DNA from: Callorhinchus milii
Lineage: Eukaryota
Direction of reading: 5' to 3'
DNA length: 64,000 nucleotides
Assembly (NCBI RefSeq): GCF_018977255.1
Contig: NW_024704752.1
Coordinates: 682,001-746,000 of the forward strand
The translations under genes and the position numbers were made by a program. Shown here one piece after another: positions 52,010 to 62,589 of the stretch (position 1 is the stretch's first letter; every line of letters starts with the position of its first letter). The notes under the pieces are model-generated. The model did no database searches. It had not been told where the DNA came from and saw only the letters and a program-made list of their open reading frames with translations.

Positions 52010-53705
52010 GCCATTGGTATTGCTGTCTGCCACTCCCCATGAAAATACTCCCTCTTCTACTCCCCATACTCTCTTCTCCCGTATCTGGCATTTTCTCACG
52101 TTGTCCTCCTCGCCTTATCCCTTCATGCCCTGCCTGTGCTCCAGCTTTGCATCCTCTGCAAGTTCCATCATGGCTCTCAGCGATGGTTGTCCCAAAGCAT
52201 CCACCCCAAGTACTTCATCACCCAACTCTCCATCCATCACCTTCTCCGCACACCAACCCTAAGCTGCCTCCATCCCCACCTCTAATGCCAAGTGCGAGAT
52301 GGTCCTAAAGTTCTTCATGTCAACAATCAAGATATCTGCTTGGCTTCATGCTCCTCCCCTATGGTCCTTTGTGCAATAAATTACATTTGTATATCGCCTT
52401 TCAAGTCAGGAGGACATCCCAAGTCACTGGCTGTACACGACGGAGACCTAGCGGTGGTCCACACATTCCAGACCGTCTACATCACCCCTTCCTTCCATCA
52501 TGGCCCCTACCACTGCCCACTCCCTACACTCCTTTGATCCGATTACTTCCCTACTCAAAAATCCCACCCTTGACCCTCCAACTTCACAAATTACCAAACC
52601 ATTTCCAACCAGCCCTTCCTTTCCAAAGCTCTGGAACACTTTGTCACTCACCAGCTTTTCTCTCCCTCTCCCTCCAGCACGCCCATAGCACAGAGACAGC
52701 ACTTGTCAAAGTCATAACCTACGTCCTCTGTCTCTGTGATCAGGGCTCTGTCTGCCTCCTCATCCTCCTGGACCTCTCTGCAGCATTCAACACAGTTAAC
52801 CATCCATCCTCATCAACTGCCACTCCTCATTCATCCAATTGGATCACATTAGTCTGGTTCGAATCCTACCTACACAAATCTACTTCTCCTCTTCCAGCTG
52901 AGAATCCAAGTCCGCCGATATTCTCTTGGCTTGTTGGCAGTCCTGGGTGAGTGAAAACTTCGTACAACAAAATGTTGACAAGATGGATCCCATACATGTT
53001 TGCTCGCGCACTTCTATCCTGCGGCTCTGACCTCCTCAACTTCCCTAGCCTATCCCTCAGAGTTACCAAACCAGTGCACAACCTAGGCATCAGGTTCGAT
53101 GCTCAACTGCCCCTCCTTCCTCACATCCGTTCTCTGACCAGGATCATCTTCCTCCACCTCTGCCACATTGTTCACCTCTGACCGTACCTTATGGCAGACT
53201 CAACCGAAACACTGGTCCATGCGTTCGTCACCTCCCAACTGGACTTCTCATATACCCTCTTTGCCGGTCTCTCCAGTTCCACCATGCAAAGGATCCTGCT
53301 GATCCAAAACTCTGCCACCCACGCCTATATGATACTCCAAACCCCCATTACACCAGTTCTAGCCAAGCTCCACTGGCTAGTTGTTGCCAAATGGATTGAT
53401 TTCAAGATCCTCATACCTGTTTTCAAATCCACTCATGCCCTGGCACCTCCGTACCTCACAACCCGCGGCCTCCACTTGATTGGTTCCCTCATGCCATCCG
53501 TTCCACCATTGGTGGCTGTGCTTTCAGTCACTAAGCCCAGAAACTCTGGAACACTCTTGCTCTATTCCTTCACTTTGCCCCTTCCTTCCCCATCTTCAGG
53601 CTGAGCCTGAAAACCTTCCTGTTTGACAATGCCTACAGTCACGACGCCCTCCCTCCGGCTTGGCGTCATGCATTATCAAGCACTATATAAATGCAAGTTG
53701 TTGTT
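52010..53705 (+). mobile_element. Degenerate L2-clade LINE
   Basis: HSTETALVKV..LILLDLSAAFNTVNH; TETLVHAFVTSQLD..ITPVLAKLHWL..IDFKILI. Confidence 0.8.
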
Positions 53706-54009
53706 GGCAAGGTTTCCCACTTTTTGTCCAGCTGGGACCAACCTACCAGTTTGGGCTTTGGCTCACAAGGCTAACAGGAGCTGAGTGGGAGGATTCTCTG
53801 ACCCCAGTGACTGGTCTGCTGTTCCAGGTCCTGCCGATGAGCCAGGCTGTGCTGTATTGTCAGCAGTGCCCTGCAATAGTGCTGACCCACCTGGCTCAGG
53901 AACTGGTCTGGCGACCCGCACAGAGGCTTGTTTCCAATATGCGATTGGCAAACATGTCATCTTGCAGCCAGTTCAGTTCCAGACCCTGCTTACCCCACTT
54001 CCCCCCAAA

Positions 54010-54152
54010 ACGTGGCAGCCAATTGTGCACAGCAGTGTCCCACAAATCATCGTGGATTGAAACTTACCCAACATTTCACATTGCTGGGAATCCAACCCAG
54101 GTCTCTCGTTTGCGAGGCGAGTTCTCTAACAACTGAGCTACAGGACTACACA
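54010..54152 (-). mobile_element. tRNA-derived SINE head, internally deleted
   Basis: Reverse complement gtagtcctgtagctcagttgttagagaactcgcctcgcaaacgagagacctgggttggattccc. Positionally paralogous to 6670-6905. Confidence 0.65.
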
Positions 54153-54634
54153 TAATGAAGGATAGTATTAATTTAGGATTGCTACAGTTAAATGAGGTTC
54201 AATGTGCTTTATGGTAGCATTTTTCCATATTCCGGAATTCTTTGCAAAAGAAGGCCACCTTCCTATCCAATTTCTACCAGTTCGCATTTCATTGGCACGA
54301 ATTCTTATCAATCATTTTATTTTTCTAATTTTTTAAATTATTTTTCTAATTTTCTAATATATATTGTATGTATTATCTTTAGTTTGTATATTATGTATAT
54401 ATCTATAGTTACTGCAAACAAATGAAAAGAATGGAAATTTTTCAAAACACATTTCAAAAAATACATTAGCTGCTTGCCAGCACCTTGGGACCTCCTCCTG
54501 ACGTGAAAAGCTCCAACAAATGTAAATTGTTATTGTTGTTGTTAGTCAGCAGGTTCCTATGCTAAAGGAAAAATAGTGCTGGTGATATTGATCGATTTGC
54601 ATAGAGTTATTTGAAAGTCATAAACAAGTCCATG

Positions 54635-54849
54635 AGGTCTCCAGCGTCCTGTTTCCATTTCCAAGGTGAGGAGATTCTTATCCATTGGGATTATCACGAT
54701 GTACCTATGGTTTGCATTGTTAAATCTGTTTGAATGAGTAAATTGACCCACAAATCATTGCAAAGAGAATGTACTATATATATCTGCACAATTAACAGCC
54801 AGGATTCAAATAGAGAGACAATCAGCACCTGTTTCCGAAACGTATTACG
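54635..54849 (+). promoter_or_regulatory. Putative proximal promoter of B7
   Basis: Copy of the B2 promoter. TCCATTGGGA at 54681-54690. Confidence 0.55.
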
Positions 54850-57800
54850 ATGTACCGGCTATTTTTGTGCTTACTCTTTGCTAGTTCTATGTGGGAATCA
54901 AATGAAGACACCTGCAAACTACAAGGAAAGTTTAATTTACCCCAAATATCGAAAGATGCCGATATCGTTCTAGGGGGGATTTTTAGTCTACACTCTGGTC
55001 GATTAATTCAAATTAATTCTTTTTTTACTGCACCCGAAGAAACAAAATGCAGAAGGTGAGCTCTGTAATATGATGGAACATGGTCTGTTTTTCTACTGTT
55101 TGTAGAGCAATCACTCCCAGGTCCCTCACGATGGGATTTCGATAACTAAATTGTGATCACAAAATATTGCGACATGTTAATTATTTCATATAATGACATC
55201 AGTGGCTAGANNNNNNNNNNNNNNNNNNNNNNNNNNNNNNNNNNNNNNNNNNNNNNNNNNNNNNNNNNNNNNNNNNNNNNNNNNNNNNNNNNNNNNNNNN
55301 NNNNNNNNNNNNNNNNNNNNNNNNNNNNNNNNNNNNNNNNNNNNNNNNNNNNNNNNNNNNNNNNNNNNNNNNNNNNNNNNNNNNNNNNNNNNNNNNNNNN
55401 NNNNNNNNGATACTATAATTTCCACTAAGTCTTTACAAAGATCTTGACTTATTTTTATTTCCTTTCTTAACATCCATTTACTGTCCTTTCAGCCTGGTTT
55501 CATTACGATAATCCTTATGTTTGCTCCAGCGCATTTCACATTGGTTATAGCCCTCAAAGCACTTTACAGGATATACTGTCAAGTGCTGAGATTATGTTCT
55601 GTAGCAACGTCTCATAATACAGCCATGTAGAGTATGACTAATTTTATTGATGGATTGTTGACTAGGACACCAAAATAAACTCCCATCTCTTTGTGAAATA
55701 CTCTTAATTTTGAGCCAAATGGTTCAAGCCCCATGTTGTGGGGCAGGCCGCCGAAACCCTCATACATGCTTTCATTGCATCGAGGCTCGACTATGCAAAC
55801 TCATTGCTCGTCGGCTTCCCCAACAGCTCCCTCCACAGGCATCCAGAACTTTGCAGCCCGTGTCCTCTCCCGCAACAGGCTCCATGACCCTATCACCCCC
55901 ATTCTTGCTCATCTTCACTGGCTTCCCATCACACAGAAGATGCAGTTGAATTTCCTGGTGCTCACCTTCCAAGCCATCCACGGTCTTGCTCCCCCCGACC
56001 TCTGAGACCTCCTAATCCCCTACCATTCTGCTTGCTCCCTCCGCTCAGTGGACCTGCTTCACGTCCCCCACCTTGCTCACCCCACTAATGTCGGGCGGGT
56101 TTTCTGCCACTCTGCCCCCACCTTCTGGAACTCCATCCCGCATTCCCTCTGCCTCGCACCCTCCCATGTCACCTACAAGTCCCATCTCAAGACCTTCCTC
56201 TTCGACCGTGATTTCGTTCTCCCTGCTTCCCACCCTCCACCCTCCCCCACCCCCAGCTCAGGTCCATAACTCTCTGTCCAGCGCCTTGTGATGTCCTCCC
56301 AACGTGAAAGGCACTATACACACGTAATTTTGTTGTTATTGTTGAATGTTGAAGATTTCATAGCACTATTTGAAAAGAGAAGGGAGTTTATTCTATTGAT
56401 ACAGACAATGACTTCACGGCTGTGTATGGGTCATTGCTGTGTGCTCTGAGCGCTCTGAGACACTACCCTTCGTGAAGGACACTATATAAGTGTTCGTTGT
56501 TATTGTTGTGTAAGTTGGCTGCTGGGTTAGTCACAATTTTCCTTCGTAGAAGTCCAGTGTAGCTTCGGATTACTTTCCAATTTTCAGATATCATTACTGC
56601 GAATATCTTAGGTCCATGATGCATTTGAGTAACTGCAACGCTACAGCAGGGGCCATTAATATAAAATAGTCAGCACTAAATCAAACAGGGAAGTCAAAAG
56701 AGACTTCATTACCTAGAGAGTGGTCGGCATGTGGAAGGAGATTAATTGAGGCGAATAGGAAAGATACATTTAAGGGAAGCTAGATACTTACATGAGGGAG
56801 AAAGACATAGAAGGTTCTGCTGGTAGGCTTAGTTGAGGAAAGGCTGAGGAAGTTGAGTAAGCAGGAGGTTCATGTGGAGCATAAATGCTGTCAAAGACCA
56901 GTTGGGCCAAAAGGTCTGTTTCTGTCCTGTATATTCTATGTAATTCTATGTAATAGTCAGTTTGCCCAATACTGTATTTTGATTTGACATTTCATGCTGC
57001 TCACATTCAACTCATTATCTATGCTAATTTTGCGGAAGAATTTAACATCAAAATGCATTTACGTTTTTTCAAGATGGTGTCTCACATTTATTTTGAGGGT
57101 AACATACAGATATTTCCCATTATTGTACAAAATAACAATATTAGCGTTAATTGTGTTGAGCAATGACCTAATTCATCCATTTATCACCCAGTTTTGATTT
57201 CAGAGTCTTTCGCCTTGTGAACACAATGATTTTTGCAATTGAGGAAATAAACGAGAACAGTGCGATACTCCTGAATGTTACACTGGGCTATACCATTTAT
57301 GATGCCTGCAGGTCTTCCACCATTGCAACTAAGGTAGCTCTGGGTCTCATGAATGGTCAAAAGGAAGAAGAAACAGAGAGCGGCGATGACTGTCAAGAAT
57401 CTCCCAGTATCCCAGCTCTAGTTGGTGCTGACGGATCCTCAGAATCCATGGCAGTGGCAAGATTAATAGCTCCTTTCAGAATTCCAATGGTAAGTTCACA
57501 TAATTAGTTACTGGTTAATACTTGGTAAATTACAATTTAGCTAAATAAAACTATAATATCCTACAGAAACAATAAAATTAGAACAAATATTACACATTGA
57601 AACGATACTGAAATGTATTTAATGTTTTAGTTCTGCAAAATAATTCAAACAGATCTGTTCTGCTAGCCTTCATTGATACACAATGTGTGGGGCAGATCTT
57701 ACTAAATTGATGATAGCTCCTCACTTCAGGCAACAACAACAATAAACAGCACTTTGCATTTATATAGTGCCTTTCACGTCAGGAGAATGTCCCCAGGCAC

Positions 57801-60800
57801 TGGGCAGCATATCTGAGTTGTGGATTGAAGTCAAAGGAGTTGGAGGGCAGTAGGGGTGTGTTGAGCTGGGAGAATGACCGAAGACACGGTCAAAGAGGAC
57901 GGTCTTTAGTTGGGCCATGAAGCAGTCAAGGAAAGGAAGATAATAAAGTGGCTCCAGGAGGTCGGGTCAGAAAGGTTGGATTGAAGAATGCTCAAGCTGG
58001 CATACTTGTCACTATTGATTCAAGGTATTTAGATTATGAAAGTTATATTCTGATTCATGATCTGCCTACACTTATTTTGTCGACTGCAGGTCAGCTACTT
58101 TTCCACATGTGCTTGTCTCAGTGATAGGAAAGAATATCCCACGTTTTACAGAACTATACCCAGTGACTATCATCAGTCCAAGGCTTTAGCTCAAATCGTT
58201 AAAAATTTTGGATGGACGTGGATTGGGACTATCAGAAGCAACAATGACTATGGTAACTTTGGAATGCAGGCATTTGTAGACATTGCGCAGGAACTTGGCA
58301 TTTGCATTGCCTTCTCGGAATCATTTCATCAAACTGATTCTCTTGAAAAGATAAAAAAAATGATAAATAGAATTAAATCATCTACAACTAAAGTGATCGT
58401 GGCTTTTGCTGCGCCAGCAGAAATGTGGATATTACTCAAAGAAATTATACGACAAAATGTCACTGGAATTCAGTGGATAGGAACTGAGGCCTGGATAACA
58501 GCACAGATTATTTCTCCAGATGAGACCTTAAGATTTCTCACTGGGACAATTGGCACTTCAATTCCTTTGTTCGAAGTAAAAGGATTGCGAGAATTTCTGC
58601 TTCAAATTCATCCTTCTGGGTTTCCCGGAAATAGTTTAGTGAAGGAGTTTTGGGAAACTGCGTTCCAATGTATTTTCTGGTCAGGAAACACAAGCCAAAT
58701 AACTGCAGCATCTACATTGCAACAATGCACCGGCCAAGAAAAACTATCAGCTCTGCACAATGCATATTCTGAGGTATCTATGGATGGAAGTTCCTACAAT
58801 GTGTATAAAGCAGTGTACGCTGTGGCTCATGCACTTCACAATATGATCTCGTGTGAGAAAGGAAAAGGACCATTTATAAACAACACCTGTGCACATGTAT
58901 CCAATCTTCAACCATGGCAGGTAAGGAAATGTTTAATAAGTCAACAGATCTACTTTCCTGTCAAATTTCCACATTGCTTAATTGTAAATTATTTGCATGT
59001 TGCACACAGCATTTAACTTGACCTTTGCCTATCAGAAGATATCACTCAGAAATATGCTTCGAAAAAAGGTCTTCAAAAGTTTGATGAGAGATATGACATT
59101 ATAACCAATAAACCATGTATTTTATATTTTTGCAAAGTTACTTCATTACCTACAGTCAGTGAATTTCACAACGACATCCGGCGACAGGGTTTATTTTGAT
59201 GAAAATGGAGATCCAGTGGCCACGTACGACTTGTTAAACTGGGGAATCAATTCGAGAGGCGCTGCTGAAATTCGTGTTATTGGCTTCTACGATGGCTCTG
59301 CTTCTCCTGGTCATGAACTCACTTTGGATGAGGAAGCTATTGAGTGGAGCAGTCGTCAAAAAACGGTACATAATTCTTGTTAGTTTAGATCAGAATTGAA
59401 ATCTGGAATCGAAATGAAAATAATTTTAAAAATGTAAAAAGGTAGTAGGAATGACAAAAAGCATCCAATGTGCATACTAGAGATCCTCATCCTCACCTAC
59501 AAGGCCATTCACGGCCTCACTCTCTCCTACCTCTCTGACCTACTATCCTCCTACTTACCTGCCCGTACCCTCCGTTCCTCTGGCTCCGGTCTGCTCCACA
59601 TCCCCCGCCCCAACCGCCCAACCATCGGTGGCCTTCAGCCTCTCAGCTCCGAGGCTCTGGAACTCCATCCCCAGTGCCTTTTCCGCTTCCTCCCTTTCCT
59701 CCTTCAAGGCCGGTCTCAAGACCTTTCTCTATGACCGTGCCTTCAGCTCCCCTCTCAACTCTCTACCCCCTCCTTGCCCCCTCCCTTGCCTCCCCTCACC
59801 CTGACCATTTCCCCCCTCCTCGCTCCCTCCCTTCCCTCCGCTCACCCTGACCATTTCCCCCCTCCTCACTCCCTCCCTTCCTTCCCCTCACTCTGACTAT
59901 TTCCCCCCAATGCTCGGGTCCTGACCCAACTGTCCAGCACTTTGGGACGTCCTCCCGACGTGAAAGGCGCTCTATAAATGGAATCTTGATGTTGTTGTTG
60001 TTGTAGAGGTCAAAGTGACTACCAATCTTATTGTATATCTCATGCATTTATTAAATTATTTTCCCCTTTTCCAAACCCTATGCTAAACAAATAGGAGAGA
60101 AATTTCAAATATTAAACACCTGATAAGAACATAAGAACATTAGAATTCTAAGGAGCAGGAGTAGGTCATTTTGCCCCTCGAGCCCTGCCCTGCCATTCAA
60201 TAAGATCATGGCTGATCTATTCTAACTCCAACTACCCGCCTCATCCCCATATCCCTGAATCCCTTTGTCCACAAGAATAAAACGCTGATAAATTTGTCCA
60301 GAATTATCCTTTAGGCTTTGGATTTCTTGGGCATGAAAAGGAATGCGCTTTTTTTCTAACTCATTAACAAGCTCCAGGAGCAATTAATGAGTTGGACATG
60401 TGTTAAAACCTCCACAATATCAGCTGTCTTCACAACTAACTCTCCCCATTCCTGTGAGGCGACAATGACCTGCAAAGCAGGACCGAGAGGCAGAGGAATC
60501 TTCATGGTAGGCATCTCTTTCCAATGGCCCCTAACAGCAGTTACCGCCATTAAGCAATGAAAGAAGATGTCCCGTGTGTGTCTTTTCTATTTCTTGTAAT
60601 CAAGAACAGACCGAGTTGGGAGTACAGCTGCTGGGATTCCGGGTTGAGGAGCACATGGTTACATGTCAAGGGCATTGTACCAGCTTCATTGGTATTGGGA
60701 GAGCCACGTTGCTCCTGAAGATGGGCATCTCAAAATGGTGGAAGTACTGCTCAATGTGCAAGGTGTAGAAGCTGAAGGCATTTGTACATTTTTGGTTAGT

Positions 60801-62456
60801 TTTACTCTTCTGGTGATGTGTTGCTGTAATAGTAATCCTCATCGTGCTGCACCTGAGATGTTTCTGGAACCGTTATCCAATTAGCAATGTGCTCACGTCC
60901 GATGTCTAATGACCAATGACTGATTTTACTGCCTGGAGAGAGATAAATGGAGTGTACTTGAGTTTGAGTTGGGTCCAAGGCAACATTGCAGCCAATCGAA
61001 GATTGGAGTCGACTCTGCGTGGCTGTCCAGGTAGATCAGTGCGTGTCAGGCAATTACAAGGCACCAAGAGGAGAAAGTTACAGGAACCTTTAGCACTAGT
61101 TAACTTCCGGAACATTTGTTTTAAATACCTGTATGCTGGCACTATAGTATTCGACAATGTTCATTTCTACACTCAGGTTCCACGTGCGGTTTGCAGTGAG
61201 AGCTGTGTACATGGAACAAGAAAAGTTGCCAGAAAAGGCCAACCCGTGTGTTGCTTTGACTGTACAGAATGTGCTGAGGGAGAAATCAGCAAAATCACAG
61301 GCGAGTGTAAAATTCCTCTTCCTATTTACAACAACAACTTGCCCTCCACATAGGGTAGCGTCTCAGACCTTATGTGGGGAAGGATGGACAGTTGGGGGTT
61401 GAACTGGATGCCGAGGTTGCGCACTAGACAGTGAGTCTGAGGAAGAGCCCAGGAAGGCTGAGGAGTTGAGATCCGAAGGAGAATTTCGAAAACTCCCTTT
61501 AGTAATATTCATGCCATACTTACTGAATTATCGTACCTTTCCCAGATTCCACAGACTGCATTAAATGCCCTGAACAATATTGGCCCAATCAGCAGAGAGA
61601 TCGTTGCCTACCAAAGGAAATAGAGTTCCTCTCCTTTACCGAAATGCTGGGAGGTGTATTGCTGACATTGGCTCTGGTGGGAGTGAGCACCACAATAAGT
61701 ATTGCCATTGTCTTCTTCACACACAGAGACACTCCTATTGTTAAAGCCAACAATTCTGAGCTCAGCTATCTGCTTCTCTTTGCATTAACGCTGTGTTTTC
61801 TGTGCTCAGTGACTTTCATTGGCGAGCCCTCAGTCTGGGCTTGCATGTTGTGCCACACAGCATTCGCTATCGCTTTCGTTCTCTGTATTTCCTGTATTTT
61901 GATTAAAACAATCCTTGTGATTCTGGCGTTTAAGGCAACTCTTCCAAACAACAACATGGCCAAATTGTTCGGGCCTGCTCAGCAGCGTTGGAGTGTATTC
62001 CTCCTTACCTCTGTTCAGTGCCTGATATGTACTCTCTGGTTAACTATATCACACCCATTTCCCATGAGAAACACAGAATATTACAGAGAGATTATCATTC
62101 TGGAATGTGACCTGGGCTCTGTGAGCGCCTTTTATTCTATGGCGGGATATATTGCTTTCCTGGCCGGAGTGAGCTTTGTGCTGGCGTTTCTAGCTCGGAA
62201 ATTACCTGATAACTTTAATGAGGCTCAATGTATAACCTTTAGCATGCTCATCTTTTGTGCTGTTTGGATCACTTTTATACCAGTTTACATCAGCTCTCCT
62301 GGGAAATACACCGTTGCTGTCGAAGTCTTTGCTATTTTAGCCTCGAGTTTTGGGTTATTGTTTTGTATTTTTGTTCCTAAATGTTACATTATTTTGATAA
62401 AACCTGAAATGAATACTAAAAAACACTTGATGGGCAAAGTACCTGTAAATAAATAA
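54850..62456 (+). CDS. V2R/OlfC-type class C GPCR, type B, copy B7 (about 865 aa; GC donor at intron 5; assembly gap in intron 1)
   Basis: Exons 54850-55055, 57192-57489, 58090-58920, 59138-59365, 61177-61300 (AG|GCGAGT donor), 61546-62456. Open frame. Confidence 0.85.
55211..55408. other. Assembly gap (198 N)
   Basis: Run of n characters. Confidence 0.99.
55742..56345 (+). mobile_element. 5'-truncated L2-clade LINE in B7 intron 1
   Basis: [39 protein letters not shown]; (ttg)n tail. Confidence 0.8.
59480..60005 (+). mobile_element. 5'-truncated L2-clade LINE in B7 intron 4, with ~40-bp tandem duplications in its 3' UTR
   Basis: [21 protein letters not shown]. Same subfamily as 14215-14955. 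ctcaccctgaccatttccccc repeats at ~59793-59905. Confidence 0.85.
60125..60278 (-). mobile_element. CR1 3'-end fragment
   Basis: (ataagaac)n terminus and ggagcaggagtagg..cccctcgagcc. Absent from the paralogous C5 intron 4. Confidence 0.7.
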
Positions 62457-62589
62457 GCACTGCGCATTACAGGTATATGATCGTGTGCAGCAAAATGTAA
62501 ACATATAATGTCTTCATTAAAGTCAAAATGAAAATAACCATGTAAATTGTTTCATATATATACACTCGTATACGGTATTGTTCATGGTA

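Noticed and set aside
382-62456. Calling these genes CASR, GPRC6A or TAS1R
   Set aside because: The tandem multi-copy arrangement, six-exon layout and very short C-terminal tail fit the V2R/OlfC expansion. No specific orthologue symbol can be supported without a tree.
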